A stretch of 63,971 bases of DNA, the filler included, from an uncultured bacterium (lineage in GTDB: Bacteria; Hinthialibacterota; Hinthialibacteria; Hinthialibacterales; Hinthialibacteraceae), in NCBI GenBank assembly GCA_964449065.1. It is 3 parts of 3 records of this genome, joined end to end, with 100 filler letters (N's around TTAATTAATTAA, not from the genome) between each part and the next. Parts side by side here need not be neighbours in the genome. Positions count along the whole stretch, not along the records: positions 46,719 to 63,971 come from CAYVAZ010000075.1; 2 more parts are not named here. One strand, written 5' to 3'. The position numbers and the translations under genes are program-made. This document shows positions 52,246 to 61,907 of the stretch, piece by piece; the stretch's first letter is position 1, and every line of letters starts with the position of its first letter. The notes beneath the pieces were generated by a model that worked only from the letters and a program-made list of their open reading frames with translations, was not told where the DNA came from and ran no database searches.

Positions 52246-53343
52246 ATGACCCAACAACCAACGTATCACTTTGATCAAACATACAAATGGAATTACGACA
52301 ACGGCCCCGATTTTGATGGGGACTTTCCTACGCAAAGCGGAACCATTTCCTTCCAACTGCTTGGGATGACCATCAACTCCCCGTTTGGGATTTCTGCGGG
52401 TATATTGCTGAACTCCAACTGGATTGAAGTGTATTCCAAATTGGGGTTTGATATCCTGACCTACAAAACGGTACGCAGTTATCATCGTCCATGTTATCCT
52501 CTGCCCAACTGGGTATTTGTGGATTGCCCGGAGCAATTGAACAAAGGTGATGATATTCCTCTGATTGCGCATCCGCAGCCCAAGCAGGAGTTGGACAAAC
52601 TGACCTCGTCGGTGTGTTTTGGAATGCCATCCGCCGCGCCGGATGTTTGGCGGGATGATGTTGCCCGTGCCAAGAGTGTAATGCAAAAAGGGCAATTGCT
52701 GATTGTAAGCGTTGTAGGCACGCCGGATGAAACCGGTTCGCTGGATCATCTCGCTGAGGACTATGCGCAATGCGCGGAGTGGGCCGTGCAAGCCGGCGCC
52801 GATGCGGTGGAGGCGAATTTATCCTGCCCGAATGTGTGTACCGCCGAGGGAATGGTTTACCAGGACGAAGAAGCAACCCAGGCGATTGGGGAATCAATTC
52901 AAGAACGGATCGGCAGCACGCCGTTGCTATTAAAAGTTGGATCCTTAAAGGATTTGCAGGCGTATAAGAACTTTTTGTTTCAAACCGAGTTGTTTGCGGA
53001 CGGCATTGTACTGCTGAATTGTGTTCCACGCCGGATACACAAACCGGATGGCTCTCCGGCGTTTGGTGAAGGAAAAGAGCGCGCCGGTGTGTTGGGCTGG
53101 GGAACGTTTGATATTTGTATGAAACACGCCAAATTGATTCTGCAAGCCAATGCGGAAATCGGGAGCCGGCAAACCATTATTCCGGTGGGGGGAGTGACGA
53201 CACCGGATGCCGCGTATCAATATTTACAGGCAGGCGCGAACGCGGTTTTAATGGGAGGGGCGCCTGTATTTGATCCCTATTTTGCGATGAAACTGAAACA
53301 GGCTGATTGGAATGACGACAAAAAAACGAATACTGGCGGTTGA
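52246..53343 (+). CDS. Dihydroorotate dehydrogenase-like FMN protein
   Basis: PFGISAG, TYKTV, NLSCPN, VGGV. Confidence 0.8.
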   Translation: MTQQPTYHFDQTYKWNYDNGPDFDGDFPTQSGTISFQLLGMTINSPFGISAGILLNSNWIEVYSKLGFDILTYKTVRSYHRPCYPLPNWVFVDCPEQLNKGDDIPLIAHPQPKQELDKLTSSVCFGMPSAAPDVWRDDVARAKSVMQKGQLLIVSVVGTPDETGSLDHLAEDYAQCAEWAVQAGADAVEANLSCPNVCTAEGMVYQDEEATQAIGESIQERIGSTPLLLKVGSLKDLQAYKNFLFQTELFADGIVLLNCVPRRIHKPDGSPAFGEGKERAGVLGWGTFDICMKHAKLILQANAEIGSRQTIIPVGGVTTPDAAYQYLQAGANAVLMGGAPVFDPYFAMKLKQADWNDDKKTNTGG

Positions 53344-54406
53344 ACCGTATTACGGCGGCTCACATAAAGCATGGATCGATGGCTGGATCAAACGGTCGCG
53401 GCATGAGATCACTCTCCTCACTCTTCCGGCGCGCAAGTGGAAGTGGCGTATGCGTGGCGCCGCGGTGGAGTTGGCGGAACGGTTTAACCAAGAATTCTCC
53501 ACGCAAACATGGGATGGATTGATCGCCAGCGATATGATGAATCTGGCGGAGTTTATCGCGCTAACCCGCCCCGCGTTTGAACGAGTTCCCAGCATTCTGT
53601 ATCTGCATGAGAACCAATATAGTTATCCCTTGCATCCGGAAGAGCGGATTGATTTTCATTTTGTGCTGACCAATTTCGTTTCAATGGAAGCGGCCACCCA
53701 AGTCGTGTTCAATTCCGAATTCAACCGCGATGACTTTTTTCGGGGGATCCAGCATGTGTTTAAGAAGATGCCGGATTTTACGCCGGATGCAGCAAAGTTA
53801 GAGCGCATGAAACAAGAGAGTTTGGTGATCCCGCCTTGCGTTGAATTGCCTGAATACAAACCGAAAATGAAGCCTTCCGGACACCCGCCGGTCATTCTAT
53901 GGAACCACCGCTGGGACCGGGATAAACAGCCGGATTTTTTTATGCATGCGCTTACAGACTTGACCAAGCAGGGAGTGGATTTTCAAACCATTATCTGCGG
54001 GGAATGTTTTGAAAATGGAGACGAATGGTTTAAAGAGGCGCCGGAACGATTGGGAGAGCGGCTACTGCATTTGGGATATGCGGAATCGCGGCAGCAGTAT
54101 GAGCAGTTTTTGCATCAGAGCGACATTGTGATCTCGACCGCCATGCAGGAATTCTTCGGCATCAGCATTGTGGAAGCGGTCGCGGCCGGCGCGTTTCCGG
54201 TCTTGCCCAACCGGTTGAACTACCCATATCTGATACCGGACGCGTTTCATAAATCCGTGTTGTATGATGATGCCAACCTTACCGGTCATCTAAAGAGAAC
54301 TGTCGGGAAATGGAAAAACGGAGACCTTCCCAATCTATCAGAGTATATGAAGCAATATGAGTGGGATTATCATGTTGATACGTACGATGGACTTTTTGGG
54401 TTATAA
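53312..54406 (+). CDS. GT-B glycosyltransferase, DUF3524/GTDC1(QTMAN)-like
   Basis: EPYYGGSH, KWKWRMRG, YLHENQ..YP, WNHRW..DK, EFFGI, PNRL.YP. Confidence 0.85.
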   Translation: MTTKKRILAVEPYYGGSHKAWIDGWIKRSRHEITLLTLPARKWKWRMRGAAVELAERFNQEFSTQTWDGLIASDMMNLAEFIALTRPAFERVPSILYLHENQYSYPLHPEERIDFHFVLTNFVSMEAATQVVFNSEFNRDDFFRGIQHVFKKMPDFTPDAAKLERMKQESLVIPPCVELPEYKPKMKPSGHPPVILWNHRWDRDKQPDFFMHALTDLTKQGVDFQTIICGECFENGDEWFKEAPERLGERLLHLGYAESRQQYEQFLHQSDIVISTAMQEFFGISIVEAVAAGAFPVLPNRLNYPYLIPDAFHKSVLYDDANLTGHLKRTVGKWKNGDLPNLSEYMKQYEWDYHVDTYDGLFGL

Positions 54407-54436
54407 TGTAAACCAAACCAATTGTGAGTGGGAAAT

Positions 54437-54727
54437 ATGAAAACGATTTCTTTGGATGAAGCGCAAAAACATCTGTATAAATATTTACAGGAATCCGGGC
54501 AGGGAGATACGTTTTTGATTGCTGAAGATGGGATCCCTCGTGCAGAACTTAAAATTATTCAACAGGGAACGGTTACGGATCAGCCTGATACATTTGATCA
54601 ATATCATTCTTCAGAATCACCGCGACCTCCGCGTAAGCCAGGGGGATCTTGGAAAGGGAACGTATGGATGGCTGATGATTTTGATACGTTACCCGAAGAA
54701 ATAGTTGAAGCTTTCGGTATGCAATAA
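54437..54727 (+). CDS. Phd/YefM-type antitoxin
   Basis: MKTISL.EA, G..KG..WM.DDFD. Confidence 0.75.
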   Translation: MKTISLDEAQKHLYKYLQESGQGDTFLIAEDGIPRAELKIIQQGTVTDQPDTFDQYHSSESPRPPRKPGGSWKGNVWMADDFDTLPEEIVEAFGMQ

Positions 54728-54729
54728 AT

Positions 54730-55060
54730 ATGCGGTATTTATTGGACACAAACATTAAAAGAAATCTCCAATCCAAACAATACTGTATTCGCTAGCGTGG
54801 CTTCGGTTTGGGAAATGGAAATTAAATCTGCTATTGGTAAATTGAACTTACCAAGTAATGTTGAAGAAGAAATAAAATTACATGATATTGAAATTCTTCC
54901 TATTCATTTGCATCACGTCTTAGCATTACGAAATTTACCGCTTCATCATAAAGATCCATTTGATCGAATTCTAATTGGTCAAGCATTCAGCGAAAACCAT
55001 ACCCTTATTACACGTGATAAAATCATTCAAAGATACGAAATTCAAACACTTCTTGCTTGA
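54730..55060 (+). pseudogene. VapC/PIN toxin, internally deleted and frameshifted
   Basis: MRYLLDT start out of frame with SVASVWEMEIK...HKDPFDRILI. Confidence 0.75.
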
Positions 55061-55106
55061 AGGAATGTACCTTCAACAACGTTTCTCTCTTGATAAACTT
55101 TCTCAT

Positions 55107-55221
55107 TAGAGCGTTTCAGAGTTGGATAGACAGAATCTGTCGTTGTTCCCCCCCTTATTAAGGGGGGTAAGGGGGGATCAAAGACGATATCTTTCTATCT
55201 ACTCAAACCTGAATTGCTCTA
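55107..55221. mobile_element. MITE-like element family B, copy 2
   Basis: TAGAGCGTTTCAGAGTT...AAACCTGAATTGCTCTA; internal CCCCCCTTATTAAGGGGGG palindrome. Confidence 0.65.
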
Positions 55222-55252
55222 AAACAAGCATAAACGAAAAAGGATACAGAGC

Positions 55253-55546
55253 ATGGAAACCATTACAATACAGTCGCAGCAGGAAACACCGAACGGATGG
55301 CAGTTGGAAGTGGTTGTGGGGGAAGGCAACGATACCACACATCATAACGTTTCTGTGGATAATGAGTATTTGAAAATGCTGGATGTTGACAAGTTTCCGG
55401 TGGAAAAGGTAATAGAGACTTCGTTTGAATTTTTGCTGGCGCGTGAGCCGAAAACATCCATCCTACGCTCATTCAGCCTCGATGTGATTGAGGACTATTT
55501 TTCCGAATACAAGCCTGTAATCAAGAAGATGGTTGAGCAGAAATAG
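55253..55546 (+). CDS. Conserved hypothetical protein
   Basis: 97 aa; SFEFLLAREPKTSILRSF; RBS present. Confidence 0.7.
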   Translation: METITIQSQQETPNGWQLEVVVGEGNDTTHHNVSVDNEYLKMLDVDKFPVEKVIETSFEFLLAREPKTSILRSFSLDVIEDYFSEYKPVIKKMVEQK

Positions 55547-55568
55547 TTCGGATAATGCAGAAAAAATA

Positions 55569-55603
55569 TTTAAAGGGGATAAGCAATTTATCCCCCTTTT
55601 TAA
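55569..55603. terminator. Bidirectional terminator
   Basis: GGGGATAA...TTATCCCC hairpin between convergent genes. Confidence 0.65.
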
Positions 55604-55624
55604 ATAACCATTGTGGATTCCGGT

Positions 55625-57295
55625 TTAATACAACGCCCAATCAACAAAGCCTGTTGGCGCGTCTACTCTCACAGGTATAGAAAACAAACTGGTTGCTGTT
55701 CCATTTGCTTCGATGGCGTTTGCCGCTACGGTTAAATATAACTCATCAGAGAGTCCTGCCGTATCGAAATTGCTGACTTGAAAGGCAAACTCGCCCGGTG
55801 TGTTATTCATGTCTTCGGCGGAATCGTCCACAAAGGTTTGGATGTATACCATCCCCTGCGGTCTTTCCAAATTGTTCGGATCGGCAAGGTATAAATCCAC
55901 TTCAACGGAATTCACATCCGGATCGTCTGTTGTGATGGGCAATGTGCCGGCGATCATGGATGATGTGGTTTCATCCGGATTTAAAACGGGACGGAAATCT
56001 TCGGGGTCTTCTGAAATAAGATACCGCCCGAATGCCGAACCGCTCAGTCCATCGCCTTGCAGAGAATTATTAAACATCGTATTCCCACGAAGTGCGAACA
56101 GGCCGAATTGGTCAAAATTGTTACTGGCCTGATACCCGAAGAAGAGAGTTTGTGTATTGGCGATGATATTGCTCTCCAATTCATCCTGATTCCCATCAAA
56201 ATCCGGGCCGACTCGTAAATCTTCAATATCGGCAAACATGCGGAAAAAACTGTCATTGGGGATAGCGGTTTCGCCGTCTATCCCAACGCCAATATAGTTG
56301 CCGGCAATTACCAATCCGGAATGATCCCCCCAAAACGAGAGAACGTCATTGTTCATCCCGCCGATGATGTTGCGTTCCAACTCATCGGATACACCATCGC
56401 TGTTGGTGCCGACAATGGTGTTGGGCATCCCGGCGCCTTCTACCGCATCGCCTTCGGTGATGTTGACGATGATAAAATCGGTGGCGGGAGTCAGCCCGTC
56501 CGGCATGATGCCGATGAAGTTGCCGGAGATTCGGCAATTCGGGGCTTCTTCGATGATGGTATTGACGTTATGCCCGGCAATTACGTTGAATTCATGAACG
56601 TCGTCAACACCGTCGCCATTGGTTCCGATAATGTGACCGCCTCCGGTACCGCAGCATACACCAACACCGATTTCCATATTGCCAATGGTTTCCTGGTCGG
56701 GATGAATACCAACCCAGCATCCCGCGACTTGCCCGCCGGTTGCGCTGCCGCGCCAATTGACACCATAATTCGCGGCGCCGGCTGCAAATTGATCGCCAAC
56801 AAATGAAATCCCCATCACCTTTACGTTATCGCCTAAAATGGCCAACATATCAAAATCGGAGTTGGTATTGGATGTGAGCGCGGAGATGACAATTTGTATA
56901 TTTGCGTTATTCGGTTCCAGTATGCTGTTGGTGTTGGGAGAAGAACCGGGTTGAGAGTATCCATCCAAAATCGTCCCGTTGCCGCGGATGGGAGGGAAGC
57001 CGAGGGTGCCTTCGACCGCACCAACGCCGGATGGCAATTCGATTTCATGCGGGCCATCTCCGGGGATGTTGAATTGGATTGCATCGTTTTCTCCAGGGGT
57101 GCCATCCACCAGCGCTTGTTCATCCGCGTCCAGTGTATCAACGCTTAATTCTCCATTGGAAATGAGAATGGCTTCCGTCAGGGTTATATTTCCATCTCTT
57201 GCATTACTATTATCCGGTGATTGAATGGTTATTGTGGCACTGGAAGCATACAGAGTTGCCGCACAACACATTGTTAGAAACGAAAGTATACGCAT
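55625..57295 (-). CDS. Secreted acidic beta-helix-like protein
   Basis: Signal peptide, IDGYSQPG-like motif, repeated GN.IG and IGTN.DGV.D..E.N.I motifs. Confidence 0.75.
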   Translation of the reverse strand: MRILSFLTMCCAATLYASSATITIQSPDNSNARDGNITLTEAILISNGELSVDTLDADEQALVDGTPGENDAIQFNIPGDGPHEIELPSGVGAVEGTLGFPPIRGNGTILDGYSQPGSSPNTNSILEPNNANIQIVISALTSNTNSDFDMLAILGDNVKVMGISFVGDQFAAGAANYGVNWRGSATGGQVAGCWVGIHPDQETIGNMEIGVGVCCGTGGGHIIGTNGDGVDDVHEFNVIAGHNVNTIIEEAPNCRISGNFIGIMPDGLTPATDFIIVNITEGDAVEGAGMPNTIVGTNSDGVSDELERNIIGGMNNDVLSFWGDHSGLVIAGNYIGVGIDGETAIPNDSFFRMFADIEDLRVGPDFDGNQDELESNIIANTQTLFFGYQASNNFDQFGLFALRGNTMFNNSLQGDGLSGSAFGRYLISEDPEDFRPVLNPDETTSSMIAGTLPITTDDPDVNSVEVDLYLADPNNLERPQGMVYIQTFVDDSAEDMNNTPGEFAFQVSNFDTAGLSDELYLTVAANAIEANGTATSLFSIPVRVDAPTGFVDWALY

Positions 57296-57404
57296 ATGAT
57301 ACTCCTATTGATTAAGATATAGTTTACCTATATTACGAAATAGATAAACGTAATACGGATAAAATAACATAAATCCAACATACGGAGAAGGGAACATTAC
57401 GGAT

Positions 57405-58586
57405 ATGGTGAACAAAACGGTTATGCTGAGTTTTATGATGTTGGTCGTATCTCCATTATTTGCTGAGTCTGAATACCGATCTCAAATGATCTTTCCGCTG
57501 CAGGATAAGCATGTACATGGCAGCAGCATTGTGGAACTGCCCAATGGGGATTTGCTGGCTGCGTGGTTCCACGGCAGCGGAGAGCGCAAGGCGAATGATG
57601 TGAAAATTCTCGGTTCGCGCATGAAGAAAGGTGAAACCGAATGGAGCGGTGTATTCCTCATGGCGGATACACCACACCTGCCCGATTGCAATCCCGTGTT
57701 GTTTTTGGACCGCAACAATTCATTGTGGATGTTTTGGGTTGCCGTGCGTGCCAACCGGTGGGAATACAGTGTTCTCAAATACAAAACCACACTGGACTAT
57801 GAAGGGGATGGTGCTCCAAAGTGGGATTGGCAGGATGTTATTATACCAATTCCGGGTGAAAAATTTGTTGATGAAGTAGAGAGAGCGTTTGAAGAACTGG
57901 CACCGCCCGAACCGATGTGGGCGGAGTACGCGCATCCCTATTCGCGCATGCTGCAAGAGGCCGCGCGGGATAAAGAAAAGCGGCAGCAAGGGTGGATGAC
58001 GCGGATTCATCCTTTGCAGCTTGAGAGTGGACGGATTTTGCTGCCCGTATATTCAGACGGCTTTAACTTTTCGATGGCGATGATTTCGGTCGATGATGGG
58101 GCAACCTGGCAAACCAGCAAACCAATAGTGGGCTTGGCGGGGATTCAGCCCACGTTTGTGCAAAAAGACAATGGCGACATCGTTGCCTATATGCGTGAAA
58201 CCGGGCCGCCGCCCAGCCGGGTGCAAATGAGCGTATCCAATGATTTGGGTGAATCATGGAGCGTGATGGAAGAAACGGATATTCCCAATCCCAGTTCCAG
58301 CCTTGAAGTGATCGCGCTGGATGATGGCAAGCATTGGGCAATGATATACAACGATACAGAACACGACCGCGGTTCGATGGCGGTTGCGTTATCCGACGAT
58401 GAGGGGGAGAGTTGGAAGTGGAAGCGGCATATCGGTACCGAGCATTATTACGCGTATCCGTCGATGATCCAAAGCCGGGATGGGAATATTCACATCACCT
58501 ATACCTATCAAGATAAAGCGGGGACTGGCAAAACAATCAAGCATGACGTAATGAATGTGGAGTGGATTAAAGATTATTGTCACTGA
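57405..58586 (+). CDS. Exo-alpha-sialidase-like BNR/Asp-box protein
   Basis: S.D.G.[TS]W Asp-boxes, YAYPS, signal peptide. Confidence 0.85.
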   Translation: MVNKTVMLSFMMLVVSPLFAESEYRSQMIFPLQDKHVHGSSIVELPNGDLLAAWFHGSGERKANDVKILGSRMKKGETEWSGVFLMADTPHLPDCNPVLFLDRNNSLWMFWVAVRANRWEYSVLKYKTTLDYEGDGAPKWDWQDVIIPIPGEKFVDEVERAFEELAPPEPMWAEYAHPYSRMLQEAARDKEKRQQGWMTRIHPLQLESGRILLPVYSDGFNFSMAMISVDDGATWQTSKPIVGLAGIQPTFVQKDNGDIVAYMRETGPPPSRVQMSVSNDLGESWSVMEETDIPNPSSSLEVIALDDGKHWAMIYNDTEHDRGSMAVALSDDEGESWKWKRHIGTEHYYAYPSMIQSRDGNIHITYTYQDKAGTGKTIKHDVMNVEWIKDYCH

Positions 58587-58674
58587 TATAAGCAATCAAA
58601 TTTGAAAACGCAATATCTTCTCCCCCAAGTTTTGGGGAGACACAGAGGGAGTTGCGACCACATATGATAGAAAC

Positions 58675-58856
58675 CGGGTAGCATCGGCTTCCAGCCGGGA
58701 AATGACTGACCGGAAAAAGTCAAAAATTGTGGTGCAGGCTTCCAGCCTGCTACTATATACTGTTCAGCATACTATTCAGCCTGTAGAGTGGGTCTCGCTG
58801 TTCTGCCTCACCACTTACAATGCGGGCCTTGGGAGGGCGAGGCTCCCGCCGAGCCG
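58675..58856. repeat. Cluster of REP-like palindromes
   Basis: GGTAGCATCGGCTTCCAGCCGG, TGTGGTGCAGGCTTCCAGCCTGC and GGAGGGCGAGGCTCCCGCCGAGCC, recurring near 24050 and at 63810-63971. Confidence 0.7.
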
Positions 58857-59060
58857 GAAGTACAGTTCATTCCAATCCGAACACATTTTTGGCGACATCG
58901 CTTTAAATGATGAAAAAAAAGCCCCAAATGGGCACCCTAACATAACACAGGGCAACACACTGATAATAGTTGTGGGTAAAGCTCAACCCCGTGTGCGAGG
59001 GCGTTAGATGTAGCGAATAATTCAAATAATATGCATATCGTAATGAATGCGTAACAGCAG

Positions 59061-59435
59061 TTACTTAATTTTCTCATTGGCTAAATCAACAAATTCATGG
59101 GCATGATGGATAATTTTGTAGGCAGCTTGGGTTGAAATTACTTCTTCAGGTGCGTAATCACCATCTTGTCTTGCTTCAAAAGCGTGAATCAAATAGCGGT
59201 GAAAGTGTTTCGGTATCTTTCCCGTTTTGATGAAGTGCTGACCGAAACCTGAAATCGTTCCCGAATGTTTTGAATAGGATAACCCTTCACCTACTAAAAA
59301 AGCTGTAGCTATATAAAACATAGAATAGTATACTCTTGAAACAGCAAAACCTGGGAAACCTTCAGCCAATAAAATATTTGCTGCCTTTAGACTGTTGGCA
59401 GCTTTTTGAACAAGTTCTTTTTGTTCCGGTGTCAA
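59061..59435 (-). CDS. HEPN domain toxin
   Basis: SRVYYSMF, SKHSG, RQDGDY; TTG start overlaps the MNT stop. Confidence 0.85.
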   Translation of the reverse strand: MTPEQKELVQKAANSLKAANILLAEGFPGFAVSRVYYSMFYIATAFLVGEGLSYSKHSGTISGFGQHFIKTGKIPKHFHRYLIHAFEARQDGDYAPEEVISTQAAYKIIHHAHEFVDLANEKIK

Positions 59436-59752
59436 ATAGATATTCCTTCCTGATTTATATTTCGAAGTAAAGAATTGTTTTTCGCCACATATTCTTCTAC
59501 TCCCATGAATATACATGCAATGACGACATTATTTTCCAAAGACAGGTCAGATACGATTTCAATTGTTCGTTCTCGCTCCACATTGGGGTCGGTCTCATCT
59601 TTCAAGACGACCAATACATCTATATCGGATTCATTATCTGCTTGGTTTCTAGCATGGGATCCGAATAAAAACAGATTTTCTAGACGGTCTTTGTATAAAT
59701 CAACCAACTCAGATTTCAGCTTCTCTACAATTGATTTAATTTGATGGTTCAT
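59432..59752 (-). CDS. Minimal nucleotidyltransferase (MNT) antitoxin
   Basis: LFGSHAR....ESDIDVLVV. Confidence 0.88.
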   Translation of the reverse strand: MNHQIKSIVEKLKSELVDLYKDRLENLFLFGSHARNQADNESDIDVLVVLKDETDPNVERERTIEIVSDLSLENNVVIACIFMGVEEYVAKNNSLLRNINQEGISI

Positions 59753-59887
59753 CGGTGCTTTCCCAATCGTGTTTCGATGATTCACAAACGATTATAATCC
59801 AATGAGGTGCAAATGAAAATAAACATTGGTTTATTCATGTGATATTAAATGATATGATAAATCAATAACATAACCAAAGGTGAAAAG

Positions 59888-61402
59888 ATGAAATCTACTT
59901 CAGCAATCATACTTTTATGGCTTTTTCTAAATTTGACTGCCATCCCTTGCTATTCAAGCGAATACTCCAAACTGTGGGGGAAGAGAGGGGAACTCTGGTC
60001 GCCAACCAGCCGGCTGCCTGATGTGTCTTGGGCAGGGTATCACCATGGGGAGAAAGAGATTCCCGATGTGCCCGTGACCGCAAAGGTCACAGATTATGGC
60101 GCTGTTCCAAATGACGGGGAAGATGACAGCGCTGCGTTTATCCAAGCCATCGAAGACACAGTAGAGGGAGCGGTATTCATCCCGGACGGCAAATACATCA
60201 TCACGGAAATTATAGATATCTCGAAATCGAATATCGTATTGCGGGGGGAATCACGCAATGGCGTAATTTTGTATTTTCCCAAGCCTTTGCAAGAAATCCG
60301 TCCCAATTGGGGGGCGACAACCGGAGGACGGAAGACATCGAACTACGCCTGGTCCGGCGGGTTTTTGTGGGCGAAAGGGAACTATGGATCAAAAGAATTA
60401 TCCAAAATCACCAAGCCTGCCAAGCGTGGGGATGAGTGGATTACGCTTTCCTCAACAGAGGGATTGAAAGCGGGGCAGTGGGTGGATGTTCGCCAGCAAG
60501 ATACCAGTGAGAATTCGCTTGCGGTTCATTTGTATACCGGTGACCCCGGAAAGACAGAAAAGTTGAGAGGGAGAACACGAACATCGCTGACGGCAAGAAT
60601 TTTTGAGATTGATGGCAATCGGATTCGCCTAGAACGGCCGCTACGGAGTGATATTCGGGATGAATGGCAGCCTGCCGTTCATGCGTTTAATCCGTCTGTG
60701 AGTGAAGTGGGAATTGAGAACCTGACATTTGAGTATCCTGTGAAACCGTATGAAGGGCATTTTACCGAGTTGGGAATGAATCCGGTTGCGTTTAGTGATG
60801 TAGCTCATTCATGGGTGCGGAACATCCGCGTTCAACATGCCGACAGCGGGTTGTTTATGAGCGGGCGTTTTTGCACCGTAGAAGGCGTGTTGTTTGAATC
60901 CAACCGTCCCGGTGATTCGCGCGGCGATACCGGGCATCACGGCATCTATATCTCCGATGACGATAACCTGTATACGGATTTCGATTACCGCACAACGTTT
61001 ATTCATGATATCAGCGTGAGCCATTGTGCCGGGAATGTGATATCCAACGGCAAGGGAGAGAATCTATCATTCGATCATCATAAGCGGGTGCCGTATGCCA
61101 ATGTGTTTACCAATATCGTTGTGGGCAAGGGAACCAACATCTGGCGCTGCGGCGGTGGCGCCGCTCTGGGGAAACATTGCGCGGCATGGGGGACATTTTG
61201 GAACATCCGTTCGGATGAACCGGTAGAGTATCCGCGTGAGAATTTTGGGCCATGGTCAATGAATTTGGTGGGGCTGCATACCAAGCAAGAATCCATCACA
61301 AAAGAGGATAGTAAATGGTTTGAAACGGTACCGCCGGAGGAGTTGGTGCCGCAAAACATTCATAAAGCGCAGTTGAAACGGCGGGTGAGAAAAGGAAAGT
61401 AA
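59888..61402 (+). CDS. Secreted beta-helix carbohydrate-active enzyme (pectate_lyase_3-like)
   Basis: LPDVSWAGY, DYGAVPNDGEDDSAAF, P.G.Y, VLRG. Confidence 0.75.
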   Translation: MKSTSAIILLWLFLNLTAIPCYSSEYSKLWGKRGELWSPTSRLPDVSWAGYHHGEKEIPDVPVTAKVTDYGAVPNDGEDDSAAFIQAIEDTVEGAVFIPDGKYIITEIIDISKSNIVLRGESRNGVILYFPKPLQEIRPNWGATTGGRKTSNYAWSGGFLWAKGNYGSKELSKITKPAKRGDEWITLSSTEGLKAGQWVDVRQQDTSENSLAVHLYTGDPGKTEKLRGRTRTSLTARIFEIDGNRIRLERPLRSDIRDEWQPAVHAFNPSVSEVGIENLTFEYPVKPYEGHFTELGMNPVAFSDVAHSWVRNIRVQHADSGLFMSGRFCTVEGVLFESNRPGDSRGDTGHHGIYISDDDNLYTDFDYRTTFIHDISVSHCAGNVISNGKGENLSFDHHKRVPYANVFTNIVVGKGTNIWRCGGGAALGKHCAAWGTFWNIRSDEPVEYPRENFGPWSMNLVGLHTKQESITKEDSKWFETVPPEELVPQNIHKAQLKRRVRKGK

Positions 61403-61404
61403 TC

Positions 61405-61647
61405 ATGTCTCAATTTACTAATTGTTGTGTGCTCTGTTGCGGTGAGGTCGCTGTAAAAGAAGTCACAGAGTTGCTGCATGGAGGTGGTAATACAGCTCAA
61501 TTGCATGTACAAGCTGGAGTATGTTTGAAGTGTGGAGAAAGATTCTTTACACCGGAAATAGTTAGACGATTTGAAGAAGTAAAATCAAAATTAGAAAAAG
61601 AAGATACTGAAGAGTTCGAATTAATAGGTAAATCGTACCAAGCGTAA
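61405..61647 (+). CDS. YgiT-type zinc-finger protein
   Basis: CVLC...VCLKCGE.F. Confidence 0.8.
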   Translation: MSQFTNCCVLCCGEVAVKEVTELLHGGGNTAQLHVQAGVCLKCGERFFTPEIVRRFEEVKSKLEKEDTEEFELIGKSYQA

Positions 61648-61907
61648 ATCCTTATAATGTAACAATTTAAATTTGGTTGACTATCCCAAAAATATGAGTT
61701 CATCAAAGTTGTACTTCTTCTCATCTATTTATTCACCTATGCAGTTCCGGTTGAGAATGCTTTGCCGGCTTTGGCACATAATAAGGCACCAATATTCCGT
61801 TTTCAAATTTACAGGTTTAGGTGATGTTATAACTGTTTTGCATCCGCTACAAGATATTCATTTGCACGCCAATCGCTATCTAAAACCTCAAATTCTTCTC
61901 CCGCTAA

